64,000 bases of DNA from an uncultured Actinomycetes bacterium. GTDB lineage: Bacteria; Actinomycetota; Thermoleophilia; Gaiellales; Gaiellaceae. The notes beneath the pieces are model-generated. The model was not told where the DNA came from and made no database searches. It saw only the letters and a program-made list of their open reading frames with translations. The DNA lies in assembly GCA_963722755.1 (NCBI GenBank), contig CAVROJ010000006.1:102255-166254 (forward strand), read 5' to 3'. The position numbers were made by a program, and so were the translations under genes. This document shows positions 46,279 through 57,664 of this stretch, piece by piece. Each line of letters opens with the position of its first letter. Position 1 is the first letter of the stretch.

Positions 46279-47088
46279 TCGTCCGCGCGCCCGCCGACGT
46301 CCGCGAACCTCGGGCCCGCGTTCGACGCCGCCGCGGTCGCGCTCGACCTCTGGAACGAGCTCGAGCTGACCGACGGCGACGGCGTCGAGATCGAGGGAGA
46401 GGGTGCCGGCGAGCTCCCGGCCGACGCGACGAACCTCGCCGTCCGCGCCTACGCGCTGCTGGCCGATCCCTCCGGGAGGAGGTTCCGGTTCTCGAACCGG
46501 ATCCCGCTCGAACGAGGGCTGGGCTCGTCCGCGGCGGCGATCGCCCTCGGCCTCGCGGCCGCGCGCCCGGACGGCGACCCGGAGGAGCTGCTCGCAGCGG
46601 GGCTCGGCCTCGAGAGTCACGCGGACAACCTCGCGGCGGCCCTCTCCGGGGGCGTCACGGTCACGTGGGAGGGGCGGATCGCGCGGATCGCGGCGACGCT
46701 CCCTCTCGCCCCCGTCGCGCTCGTCCCTCGAGAGCGCACCTCGACGGAGGCCTCACGCCGCTCGCTTCCGGCCAGCGTCCCGCACGCCGACGCTGCCGCG
46801 AACGCGGGTCGCGCGGCCCTGCTCGCCGCAGGGGCCGCGGTCGGCGACGCCGTCCTCTTCGCCGCCGGGCTCGACGACCGCCTGCACGAGCCGTATCGGG
46901 GATCGCGGGCACTCGAGGCCGTCAGGGCCGATCCTCCTGCCGGCGCCCGCGGCGCGACGCTCTCCGGCTCGGGGCCGACGGTGATCGTGTGGGCGGACGA
47001 CGCACCGACCTGTGCGAGCTCCCTCGCGGAGCGCTTCCCGGAGCACGACGTGCTCGTGCTCGGCGTCACGCCGCGAGGCGCGCTGTGA
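46275..47088 (+). CDS. thrB: Homoserine kinase (indel)
   Basis: TSANLGPAFD, IPLERGLGSSAAA, HADN, LSGSGPT. Confidence 0.9.
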
Positions 47089-47796
47089 GCATCCGCCTCG
47101 TCGACTGTCGCCCGCGAGCGGACTACGAGACCGGGCACGTCCCCGGCGCGGTCCTCCTCGATCCCGAGACGACGCTCTCGACGCCGACCGCGAACCCGTC
47201 CGTCGGCGGCCGTCATCCGCTTCCCGACCCGTACGCGCTCGGTGCCGCCTTCGCCGACGCCGGGATCGGGCCCGACACGTTGGTGCTCGCCTTCGACGAG
47301 GGCACCGGCTGGGCCGCGCGCTGCTGGTGGCTCCTCCGGCACCTCGGCCACGAGGCCTGCGGCACCGTCGACATGCGCGCCTACACCGGCCCGCTCGTGA
47401 CCGAGGCGCCGCGGGTCGACCGGGCGCCGCTTCGTGCCACGCGTGCGCGACGACGACATGATCGATGCCGAGGAGATCCGCGCGCGCGCTCGACGACCCG
47501 TCGCTCGTTCTCGTCGACGCGCGCTCGCCGGAGCGCTGGCGCGGCGACACGGAGCCGCTCGACCCGGTCGCCGGGCGCATCCCCGGGGCACGGAACGCGT
47601 TCTTCGAGCTTCCCCTGCCCGGACGACGCGACGGAGCCGCCCGAGGTCGTCGCGTACTGCGGCTCGGGCGTGACGGCGTGCGTCGTCGTCGCAGCGGCTC
47701 GTCCTCGCCGGGCGCGAGGACGTCAGGCTCTACCCCGGCTCGTTCAGCGAGTGGTGCAGGAACCCGTCCAACCCGATCGAGAGAGGCGACCCGTGA
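47085..47796 (+). CDS. Two-domain rhodanese/sulfurtransferase (SseA-like; indels)
   Basis: GHVPGA, GGRHPLP, AARCWW, DAR...[24 protein letters not shown]. Confidence 0.88.
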
Positions 47797-49512
47797 CGAC
47801 TCCGTACGACAACCCGTCCGACCCCGCGAAGCGGCAGAGCGCCGCGCTGACCGACGGCCCCGACCGCGCGGGAGCGCGCGCGATGCTGAAGGGCACCGGC
47901 TTCAGCGACGAAGACCTCGCGAAGCCACTCGTCGGCGTCGGCACGACGTGGATCGAGACGATGCCGTGCAACCTCAACCAGCGCGACCTGGCGGTGCACG
48001 TCAAGCGCGGCGTCCGGGACGCGGGCGGCACGCCGATGGAGTTCAACACGATCGCGGTCTCGGACGGCGTCTCGATGGGGACGTCCGGGATGCGCGCCTC
48101 GCTCGTCTCGAGGGAGGTGATCGCCGACTCGATCGAGCTCGTTGCGCGCGGCCACCTGTTCGACGGGCTCGTCCAGCTGGTCGCCTGCGACAAGACGAAT
48201 CCCGGGCGCCGCGATGGCCGTCGGCCGGCTCGACATCCCCGCCGTCGTCTCGTACACGGGCTCGATCGCGCCGGGCGTCTACCGGCAGCGCGAGGTCTCG
48301 ATCGGGGACGTCTACGAGGGGATCGGCGCCCACGCCGCCGGGAAGCTGAGCGACGCGGAGCTCCACGAGCTCGAGTCGGTGCGCGTGCCCGGGGGCCGGC
48401 GCGTGCGGAGGGCAGTTCACGGCCAACACGATGTCGACGATCCTCGACTTCCTCGGCCTCTCGCCGTTCGGCACGAACGGCATCCCGGCCATGCACCGCG
48501 CCAAGGAGGAGGCCGCGTACGAGATCGGCCGGCTCGCGGTGCAGCTCGTCCGCGAGAACGTCACGCCCAGCTCGTTCGTCACGAAGGAGTCGTTCGAGAA
48601 CGCGGTCGCGTCGGTCGCTGCGACCGGCGGCTCGACCAACGCCGTCCTGCACCTCGTCGCGATCGCCCGCGACTTCGGGATCGACTTCACGATCGACGAC
48701 TTCGAGCGGATCTCGGCCCGCACGCCGATCGTCGCGGACATGAAGCCGTGGGGCCGCTGGCATGCGAACGACATGTACGCGGCGGGCGGCGTCGCCGTCG
48801 TCGCCCGGGAGCTGAAGAAGGCCGGGCTCCTCGCACGAGGACGCGCGGAGCGTCGACGGGATGACGCTCGGCGAGCACGCGGACGCCGCGGTGGAGGCCG
48901 ACGGGCAGAAGGTGGTCTTCCCGATCGAGACGCCGCTCAAGGCCCGCGGAGGCGTCGCGGTGCTCTACGGCAACCTCGCCCCCGAGGGCTGCGCCGTCAA
49001 GCTGGCCGGCCACGACCGCACCGTGCACCGCGGCCCGGCGCGCGTGTTCGACTCCGAGGAGGCGTGCTTCGCGGCGGTCAAGGCATGGCGCGATCGCCCC
49101 GGGCGACGTCGTCGTGATCCGCTACGAGGGCCCGCACGGCGGGCCGGGGATGCGGGAGATGCTCCACGTCACGGGGGCGATCGTGGGCGAGGGGCTCTCC
49201 GAGTCGGTCGCGCTGATCACCGACGGCCGGTTCTCGGGCGCGACGCACGGCTTCATGGTCGGCCACGTCGCGCCGGAGGCCTCGAAGGGCGGCCCCATCG
49301 CGGCGCTGCGCGAGGGCGACACGATCGTGATCGACGTCGACCGGCACGTCCTCGACGTCGAGCTGACCGACGAGGAGCTGGCTGCCCGGCTCGCGGACTG
49401 GGTGGAGCCCGAGCCGCGCTACCGCCGCGGCGCGCTGGCGAACTACGCAACCCTCGTCGCCTCGGCGTCCCACGGGGCCGTGACGTTGTCGCGCTACGAG
49501 GCGGCTGCCTAG
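47793..49512 (+). CDS. ilvD: Dihydroxy-acid dehydratase (indels)
   Basis: [49 protein letters not shown]. Confidence 0.95.
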
Positions 49513-49526
49513 CGCCGCGGCGGAGC

Positions 49527-50761
49527 TCAGGGCCGGTTGTCGCGCGGATCCCAGAGCGGGATCGGCGCGGAGGCCTCGTAGGCCATGCCCTTCGGGTAGC
49601 TGATCAGCTCGACGTACGTCGCCGAACGGCGCGCGGAAGTAGTTGATCGACTGCCCGGCCGCGGGCCCGTCGGTGACGGCCAGCGGGCCGAGGAGCTTCT
49701 GCGCTCCGAGCGCCTGCATGCGCGCGACCGCCTTGTCGATGTGACGGACGTAGAAGGCGACGTGCTTCCCGCCGTAGTCGGAGTTCCTGCGGAACGTCCG
49801 GTCCTGGTCGGGCGCGCTGTACTGGAAGAGCTCCACGCTGGGGCCGTCGCCGCAGCGGACGTGCTGGATGCGCTCGACGACCGCCCGCGGATGGACGTCC
49901 AGCAGGTCCTGGATGAACGTGCCCGTCGGGTCGCTGAACGGCCCGAAGGCGAGCGGCGAGGAGCAGCCGAGCACGCGCTCGAACCATTCGACCGCGGACG
50001 GCACGCTCGGCACGGTGATGCCGACGTGGTCGACCCCGAGCAGGCCGGGCACGCTGGTCACCGACGGTGTCGTCCCGTTGCGCTTCGGTGACCAGAGCGG
50101 GCGGCTCGGGTCGCGCTCGTATCGCCATCCCGTTCGGGTAGCTGATCAGCTCGACGTACGTCCCGAACGGCGTGCGGAAGTAGTTGATCGACTGGCCCGC
50201 GGCCGGGCCGTCGGTGACGGGCAGCGGCCCGAGGAACTTCTGCGCGCCCTTCGAGACCATGTAGGCCACCGCGGCATCGATGTCCGTCACGTAGAAGGCG
50301 ATGTGGTGCCCGCTCCAGTCGGAGTTCCGCGGGAACGTCGTCCGCTGGTCCGGGGCGCTGTACTGGAACAGCTCGATGTTCGCGCTGCGGCCGCAGCGCA
50401 CCATCGTGATCTGGTGGATCACCGCCCGCGGGTCGACGTCGAGCAGGTCCTGCATGAACGTCCCCGTCGGGTCGCTGAACGGCCCGAACGTGAGGGGCGC
50501 GACGCAGCCCATCACGTCCTCGAACCAGGCGATCGCCTCGTCGATGTCGGGCACGGTGATCCCGACGTGATCCATCCCGACCAGGCCGAGCTGCCCGTTC
50601 GCCTGGCCCGGTGCGCCGGCCCCGGGGCCGGCGGCGGGGGCCGAGGCCACCCCGAGCGCCGCCAGCGTGGCGAGCGCAGAGGAGCACGAGACCGGCGAGC
50701 GGCGGCGCGCGTCAGGCGCGGCGTCGCTCTCGCCTCTCTGCCCGACACGGCCGGCTGACAT
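49527..50761 (-). CDS. Secreted tandem-domain VOC/glyoxalase-family protein (indels; start uncertain)
   Basis: Two highly similar DHVGITVP...ELFQYSAPDQ...H(I/V)AFYV...YFRxPFG..ELISYP units after a hydrophobic leader. Confidence 0.82.
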
Positions 50762-50877
50762 GTCACCGCGAGCCTAGGACGCCCCGCAGGCGAGTGGCGA
50801 CCGACGCGTCCGAACGAGGGCTCCGCAGACACGGCACGCGAGCCGATAGAGTGGAAGCGGCGCGGGATTCGTCCCGC

Positions 50878-50968
50878 TCCACATCGAGAGAGGCTGAGGG
50901 ACCGGCCCTGTGACGCCTCGGCAACCCCCCTCGAGAGAGGGCCCGGTGCCAAACCCGGATGGATGTGT
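50878..50968 (+). ncRNA. SAM-I family riboswitch (short or absent P4)
   Basis: CACATC-GAGAGAGGCTGAGGGA-CCGGCCC-TGTGACGCCTCGGCAACC...GGTGCCAAA...GATGTG; P1 pairs CACATC with GATGTG. Confidence 0.9.
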
Positions 50969-50994
50969 CGAGCGAGACGAAGGAGGTTCCACCC

Positions 50995-52218
50995 GTGTCA
51001 GCCCTCTCCCTCTCCTGCCGGGTCTGCGGCACCGAGCATCCCCTCGAGGCCGTGGGAACGTGCTCGCCGCTGCTTCGGTCCCCTCGACCCGGTGTACGAC
51101 TGGGACCGGCTCCGCGCCACCGTGACCCGCGAGCGGCTCGCCGAAGGGCCGCCGTCGATCTGGCGCTACGCCGACCTGCTGCCCGTCGAGGCGCCCGAGG
51201 AGCCGCGCCTCGCCCCGGGCCTGACGCCGCTCGTCCCGGCACCGCGCCTCGCGGAGGAGCTGGGTGTCCGGGAGCTCTGGCTCAAGCTCGACACGGCCAA
51301 CCCGACCCACTCCTTCAAGGACCGGGTCGTGGCCGTCGCGGCCCGGAAGGCCCAGGAGCTCGGCCTGACGACGCTGTCCTGCTCCTCGACCGGGAACCTC
51401 GCCGGCGCCGTCGCCGCACGCGCGGCCGCCGAGGGCATGAACGCCGCGGTCTTCGTCCCCGGCCGACCTGGAGCCGGAGAAGCTCGCGTCCGCCGCGGCG
51501 TACGGACCGACGATCTACGCGGTCGACGGGCACTACGACCACTGCTCGCGCCTCTCCGTCGAGCTCTCGTTCGAGCTTCCCTGGGGCTTCGTCAACGTCA
51601 ACCTGCGCTCGTACTACGCGGAGGGCTCGAAGACGCTCGCCTACGAGCTCGCCGAGCAGCTCGGGTGGCGCGCTCCGGACGTCGTCGCGATCCCGATCGC
51701 CTCGGGCGCCCTCTTCCACAAGGTCGGCCAGGGCTTCGCGGAGCTCCGCGCGCTCGGCCTGCTCGACGGGCCGGCGCCGCGCCAGGTCGGCGGCCAGGCC
51801 GAGGGCTGCGAGCCGGTCGCGACGGCGTTCCGCGACGGGACGCCGGTCACGCCGGTGCGGCCCGACTCGATCGCGCGCTCGCTCGCGATCGGCAACCCGG
51901 CCGACGGCGACTTCGCCGTCGCCACCGCGCGCGAGACGGGCGGCTCGATCCACTCCGTGGCGGAGGACGCGGTCGGCGAGAACATGGCGCTCCTCGCGCG
52001 GACGACGGGGGTGTTCGGCGAGACCGCGACCGGCGTGACGCTCGGAGCGCTGCGGGCGGCCGTCGAGGCGGGCGAGGTCGGCCGCGACGACCGCGTCGTG
52101 CTGCTCGTGACGGGGGACGGGCTGAAGACGCTCGGGCCCGTCGTCGTTCACCTTCGCGCCGGTGCACATCGCGGCCGACGCGGACGCGTTCCTCGACGAC
52201 GTGCTCGAGGCCGCCTGA
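50995..52218 (+). CDS. Second threonine synthase-like PLP enzyme under SAM control (indels)
   Basis: N-terminal CRVC..C Zn-ribbon-like segment; NPTHSFKDR, SSTGNLA, YYAEGSKT, SLAIGNPADG, TGDGLKT. Confidence 0.88.
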
Positions 52219-52261
52219 GCCGGGACTGCGCCTCGATCGGTTGCCGCGGTAGCCTGACGGG

Positions 52262-53677
52262 ATGGGCAGGACGCTGTTCGAGAAGGTCTGGGAGCGCCAC
52301 GTCGTCCTCGAGGAGGACGGCGAGCCGACGCTGCTCTACGTCGACCTGCACCTCGTCCACGAGGTGACGTCGGCCCAGGCATTCGAGGGGCTGCGGCTCG
52401 CCGGCCGCACCGTGAGGCGGCCCGAGCGGACGGTCGCGACGATGGACCACAACGTGCCGACGCTCCCCGGGCCGGTGACCGACCCGATGGCGAAGGCGCA
52501 GCTCGACGCGCTGCGCGCGAACACGGAGGAGTTCGGCGTCCGCCTCTACGGCACCGGCTCCGGGCACGAGGGGATCGTCCACGTGATCGGGCCGGAGCTC
52601 GGGCTCACCCAGCCCGGCAAGACGATCGTCTGCGGCGACAGCCACACCTCGACGCACGGTGCCTTCGGCGCGCTCGCGTTCGGGGTCGGCACCTCCGAGG
52701 TCGAGCACGTCCTCGCGACGCAGACGCATCGCGCTCCGGCGCCCGAAGACGATGCTGCTCGAGCTCGTCGGGGCGCTGCCGCCGGGGCTGACGGCGAAGG
52801 ACCTGATCCTCGGCGCGATCGGCCAGGTCGGCGTCGACGGCGGCGTGGGCTACGTCGTCGAGTACGCGGGCGAGCGCGATCCGGGCGCTCTCGATGGAGC
52901 AGCGCATGACCGTCTGCAACATGTCGATCGAGTGGGGCGCGCGCGCCGGGATGATCGCTCCCGACGAGACGACCTTCGCGTACCTCGAGGGCCGCGAGTT
53001 CGCGCCGCAGGGCGGCGACTGGGAGCGGGCCGTCGAGGACTGGCGCTCGCTCGCGAGCGACCCGGACGCGACCTACGACAAGCACGTGATCGTCGACGTC
53101 GGCCGAGCTCGTCCCGCAGGTCACCTGGGGGACGAACCCGGGGATGGTGGTCCCGGTGACCGGGTCGGTCCCCGATCCCGCGTCGTTCGACGACCCCGAC
53201 GACCGCGCCGCGGCCGAGCGCGCGCTCGCCTACATGGATCTCCGGCCCGGCGAGCGGATCGAGGAGATCCGCATCGACCGCGTGTTCATCGGCTCGTGCA
53301 CGAACTCCCGGATCGAGGACCTGCGCGCCGCCGCGGCGGTCGTCGAGGGCCGCAGGATCGACCCGCGCGTGACGGCGCTCGTGGTGCCCGGCTCGGCGCA
53401 GGTGCGCCGCCAGGCCGAGGAGGAGGGGCTCGACCGCGTCTTCCTGGACGCCGGCTTCGAGTGGCGGCTGGCCGGCTGCTCGATGTGCCTCGGGATGAAC
53501 CCCGACATCCTCGCGCCGGGCGAGCGGTGCGCCTCGACCTCGAACCGGAACTTCGAGGGCCGCCAGGGACGCGGCGGGCGGACGCACCTCGTCAGCCCGC
53601 AGATGGCGGCGGCGGCGGCGCTCCACGGCCACTTCGTCGACGTCCGCACGCTCGAGCGCGAGCCCGTCTCCGCATGA
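52262..53677 (+). CDS. leuC: 3-isopropylmalate dehydratase large subunit (indels)
   Basis: [44 protein letters not shown]. Confidence 0.96.
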
Positions 53678-54267
53678 AGCCGCTGCGAAAGGTCACCGGC
53701 CGTGTGGCGATCCTCGACCGGCCCGACGTCGACACCGACCAGATCATCCCGAAGCAGTTCCTGAAGCGGATCGAGCGGACGGGCTACGGCGAGTTCCTCT
53801 TCAAGGACTGGCGCTTCGACGAGGACGGCGACGAGCGGCCCGGGTTCGAGCTCAACCGGCCCGAGTTCCGCGACGCCTCGATCCTGCTCGCCGGGCGCAA
53901 CTTCGGCTGCGGCTCCTCGCGCGAGCACGCCGCGTGGGCGCTGCAGGACTACGGCATCGACGCGGTCGTCGCGCCCTCGTTCGGCGACATCTTCCGGACG
54001 AACGCGGGGAAGAACGGGATGCTCGCGATCGTGCTGCCGGAAGCCGAGGTCGAGCGGCTGATGGAGAGCGTCGACCTCGACACCGGCTCCGAGATGACCG
54101 TCGACCTCGAGCGCCGCGTGATCGTCGCGCCCGACGGGCGCGAGGTGCCGTTCGAGTTCGACGAGTCCACGCGCCACCGGATCCTCAACGGCCTCGACGA
54201 GATCGCGCTGACGCTGCAGCACGAGGACGAGATCGCCGCCTACGAGACGGCCCACGGCATCGCGTGA
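53674..54267 (+). CDS. leuD: 3-isopropylmalate dehydratase small subunit
   Basis: [25 protein letters not shown]. Confidence 0.96.
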   Translation: MKPLRKVTGRVAILDRPDVDTDQIIPKQFLKRIERTGYGEFLFKDWRFDEDGDERPGFELNRPEFRDASILLAGRNFGCGSSREHAAWALQDYGIDAVVAPSFGDIFRTNAGKNGMLAIVLPEAEVERLMESVDLDTGSEMTVDLERRVIVAPDGREVPFEFDESTRHRILNGLDEIALTLQHEDEIAAYETAHGIA

Positions 54268-55248
54268 CCCGCGTCGCGGTGCTGCCGGGCGACGGGATCG
54301 GGCCGGAGGTGGCCGCCGAGGCGATCCGCGTGCTCGACGCGCTCGGGATCGAGCACGACGGAGCACGCGTTCGGCGGCAACGCGATCCTCGCGCAGGGCA
54401 CGCCGCTGCCCGACGAGACGCTGGAGGCGTGCCGCGCGGCCGACGCCGTGCTGCTCGCCGCCGTCGGGCTGCCCGAGCTCGAGGGCCAGACCGGTGCGCC
54501 CCGAGCAGGGGCTCCTCGGCCTCCGCCGAGGAGCTCGGCGTCTACGCGAACCTCCGGCCGGCGAGCGCGGACGGGATCGACCTCGTGATCGTGCGCGAGC
54601 TCGTCGGCGGCCTCTACTTCGGCGCGAAGGGCACGCGCGACGACGGCACGTGGTTCGACACGTGCGAGTACTCGCGGCCGGAGGTCGAGCGGATCGCGCG
54701 TCGCGCGTTCGAGATCGCCCGCGAGCGCGGCGGGCGGCTGACGTCGGTCGACAAGGTGAACGTGCTCCACACGTCACGGCTCTGGCGGGACGTCGTCACG
54801 GAGCTCGGCGCGTCCGAGTATCCGGACGTGCCGCTCGACCACGCGCTCGTCGACTCGTTCGCGATGACCGTCGTCAACGCGCCGGAGACGATCGACGTCG
54901 TCGTCACCGAGAACACCTTCGGCGACATCCTCTCGGACGTCGCCGCGGCGGTCACCGGCGGGCTCGGTGTCGCGGCATCGGCCTCGCTCGGCGACGAAGG
55001 GCCGGGCCTCTTCGAGCCCGTGCACGGCTCGGCGCCGCAGATCGCCGGCCAGGGGATCGCGAACCCCGCCGGCCATGCTCCGCTCGACCGCGCTGATGCT
55101 CCGCCACGGGCTCGGGCGCCCGGACGAGGCGGAGGCGCTCGAGCGGGCGGTCGACACGGGCTTGCGAGACGCGCCGACGCCCGACCTCGGAGGCACGGCC
55201 ACGACCCGTGGCGATGGGCGACGCCGTCCTGCGGCCCTCGCGGGCTAG
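54264..55248 (+). CDS. leuB: 3-isopropylmalate dehydrogenase (indels)
   Basis: [50 protein letters not shown]. Confidence 0.94.
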
Positions 55249-55258
55249 CATCGCCCTC

Positions 55259-55318
55259 ATGGAGACGCGCCCGTCAGCACGGATCGCCTTTGCGTTCTCC
55301 TTCGCCTTTCGGCGCTAG
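55259..55318 (+). CDS. Phe-rich leader peptide of pheA
   Basis: [19 protein letters not shown], with 4 Phe codons including two rare TTT; TAGCAT 7 nt upstream; hairpin CTAGTCGGCGC/GCGCCGGCTAG at 55315-55350. Confidence 0.82.
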   Translation: METRPSARIAFAFSFAFRR

Positions 55319-55386
55319 TCGGCGCATCCGTTCCCGCCCGCGCCGGCTAGGAGATCAGGCGGACACCTCTTCGAAAGGCAGCGCAC

Positions 55387-56248
55387 GTGACACAGAACGA
55401 CAACACCGTCGCCTACCCGGGCCGCGAGGGCGCCCACAGCGCGGCCGCCTGCGACCGGTTGTTCCCCGCCGCCCGGCTCGTCGCGCAGGCGTCCTTCCAC
55501 GACGTCGTGGACGCCGGTCACCTCGCGCGCATGCACCTACGGCGTGCTCCCGATCGAGAGCTCGCTCGTCGGGCCGGTGAACGAGACGCACGACCTGCTC
55601 TACGACTCCGCGCTCTCGATCGTCGCGGAGGCGATCCTGCCGATCCGACACTGCCTGGTCGGGCCCGCAGGCGATCCCGATCGAGGACGTCCGCGAGATC
55701 CGCTCGCATGCGGTCGCGCTCGACCAGTGCCGCGCGCCTCCTCTCGTCGATGCCGTGGGCGACCGCCGTGGTCGCGCCCACGACCGGCGATGCGGCCGCG
55801 GCCGTTGCGGAGCTCGGCGACCCCTCCGTCGTCGCGATCGCCAGCGGCCGCGCCGCGCGGATGCACTCGCCTCGCCGTGATCGGCGACGACGTCGGCGAC
55901 CACGAGGCGTACACGCGCTTCGCCGCGCTCGCGCCGTACACGCGCCTCGACCGGCGCCACGGCGAGTGGCGAACGGCGCTCACCTTCGAGACGCACCACC
56001 GCCCGGGCGCGCTCCACCGGGCGATCGAGCCGCTCGCCCGCCGCAAGATCGACATGGTGCAGCTCGTCTCGCGCCCCATCCCCTCCCGGCCGTTCGACTA
56101 CCGCTTCGACTGCGTGCTCGGCGGGCACCCGCTCGACGACGAGGTCGCCGCCGCGCTCGTCGAGATGCAGGCCGAGACGGCACGCCTGCGCGTGTTCGGC
56201 TCCTACCGGGCCGATCGCGACGAGGGGTGGGAGACGGTCGCGGCCTGA
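55387..56248 (+). CDS. pheA: Prephenate dehydratase with ACT domain (indels)
   Basis: [40 protein letters not shown]. Confidence 0.9.
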
Positions 56249-56268
56249 TCGGGCCTGACTGGCACCGC

Positions 56269-56805
56269 CTAGGCGGCCTCGGCCGCGATCCCGCTGCGCG
56301 CGTGCTCGAGCGCGGGGAGGTACTGGAGCCACGCGTCGGGCACGCGGTGGAGCGCCAGGCTGATGAAGAGCACCGGCGAGGGCGCGCGCGGAGGCCGGGG
56401 GAGGTGCATGTGCGTCTCCTCGAGCAGCCGGTCGCCCTTGCGGAGGTTGCACGGGCTGCACGCCGTGACGACGTTCTCCCAGACCGAGTCGCCGCCGCGC
56501 GAGCGGGGCACGACGTGGTCGAGCGTCAGCCGCGACGAGTTGTCCCCGCAGTAGACGCAGCGCCAGCCGTCACGGGCGAACAGCGCGCGCCTGGAGATGC
56601 GTCGCTTGACCGACCTCGGCACGCGGACATACGTGACGAGGCGGATCACGTGCGGGCGCGTGTACGTGTTCGTGGCGGTGCGGATCGGCTCGTCGAGCCG
56701 CTCGACGACCTCGGCCTTCCCCTTCCAGACGAGCACGTGCGCACGACGAGTCGAGCACACGTTCAGAGGCTCGAAGCTGGCGTTCAGGACGAGCACGTGC
56801 TGCAC
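56269..56805 (-). CDS. HNH endonuclease (McrA-like, common in Actinobacteria)
   Basis: VLVLNASFEPL, RDGWRCVYCG, TLDHVVPRSRGG..WENVVTACSPCNLRKG. Confidence 0.92.
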   Translation of the reverse strand: MQHVLVLNASFEPLNVCSTRRAHVLVWKGKAEVVERLDEPIRTATNTYTRPHVIRLVTYVRVPRSVKRRISRRALFARDGWRCVYCGDNSSRLTLDHVVPRSRGGDSVWENVVTACSPCNLRKGDRLLEETHMHLPRPPRAPSPVLFISLALHRVPDAWLQYLPALEHARSGIAAEAA

Positions 56806-56952
56806 GGCGCGAGCGTAGCATCGGCACCTCCGCGAGCACCCGGCGGAAAGCTGCTCTGTGGAGGCGTTTTCGCCGCTCGAGCGTTCGCGCGCCGCGAGGC
56901 GGTTGCCAGCCGGCCGGCCGCGCTCTCCGCCGTCGAGCAAGCGCGTCCGGTC

Positions 56953-56986
56953 GCGGCCGAAGGCCGGCTTCAGCCGGCCGGGGGGC
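56953..56986. repeat. Palindromic motif B, copy 3
   Basis: GCGGCCGAAGGCCGGCTTCAGCCGGCCGGGGGGC. Confidence 0.7.
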
Positions 56987-57062
56987 GCACGCTGCGGTGA
57001 CCTGCGAGCGGCGCGAGAGGAGGCGGCTCGCCGGCCGGGAGCCAGGGGCTCGCCCGACGGCG

Positions 57063-57533
57063 TCAGCGGGCCATCGCCCGCTCGACGGCCTCGGCTTCCT
57101 CGGGCGAGAGGGCGAGCGAGGGCCTTCCGCGCTCCAGCTCCTTCACGTAGACGCGCGCGTAGTCGCGGCCCTGGATCGCCGTCACCACCGTGCCGGTGCG
57201 CGTCGAGTCGAGGAACGCGAACGAGGCGGACTGCTGGCCTCCCGCGTCCTCGTAGGCGTCGTAGCGCACGACGGAGGTGTTCGTCACCGAGCCGTCGACC
57301 CGCCGGTCGACCCGCGTGAGGCCGGCGGCGACCTCGTCGACGGCGCGGTGGAGGTCGTCGATCCTGCCCTGCAGCGAGACCGCGAAGTCGACGACGTCCG
57401 AGGTCGACCCGCCGAGGATCGCCTGCTGCCCCCGGCGCAGGACGCGGACCTGCCGCCAGGCCGCGAGCGTCGCGAGCAGCGCGAGGACCGAGACCGCGAC
57501 CGCGGCGATGGCGACCCCGAGCTCGAGGCTCAC
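57063..57533 (-). CDS. DUF4446-like membrane-anchored protein
   Basis: N-terminal TM; VVRYDAYEDAGGQQSASFAFLD...ARVYVK...LSPEE. Confidence 0.85.
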   Translation of the reverse strand: MSLELGVAIAAVAVSVLALLATLAAWRQVRVLRRGQQAILGGSTSDVVDFAVSLQGRIDDLHRAVDEVAAGLTRVDRRVDGSVTNTSVVRYDAYEDAGGQQSASFAFLDSTRTGTVVTAIQGRDYARVYVKELERGRPSLALSPEEAEAVERAMAR

Positions 57534-57566
57534 GAGCCGGCCCGTCGGCTCGTGAGTGGGGAGGGG

Positions 57567-57641
57567 CGTGGGGGAACCGGGAGGTTCCCCACACGAGATG
57601 AGGAGAAGGGGGCACGTGGGGGAAACAGGGTTTCCCCCACG
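57567..57641. repeat. Two copies of palindromic motif A
   Basis: CGTGGGGGAACC-GGGA-GGTTCCCCACACG at 57567-57595; CGTGGGGGAAAC-AGG-GTTTCCCCCACG at 57615-57641. Confidence 0.78.
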
Positions 57642-57664
57642 GGAGCGAGCCGCAGGCGAGCGAC

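Noticed and set aside
56269-56805. HNH nuclease as a defence system or mobile element
   Set aside because: It matches the widespread stand-alone actinobacterial HNH family; no methylase, cas or transposase partner is adjacent.
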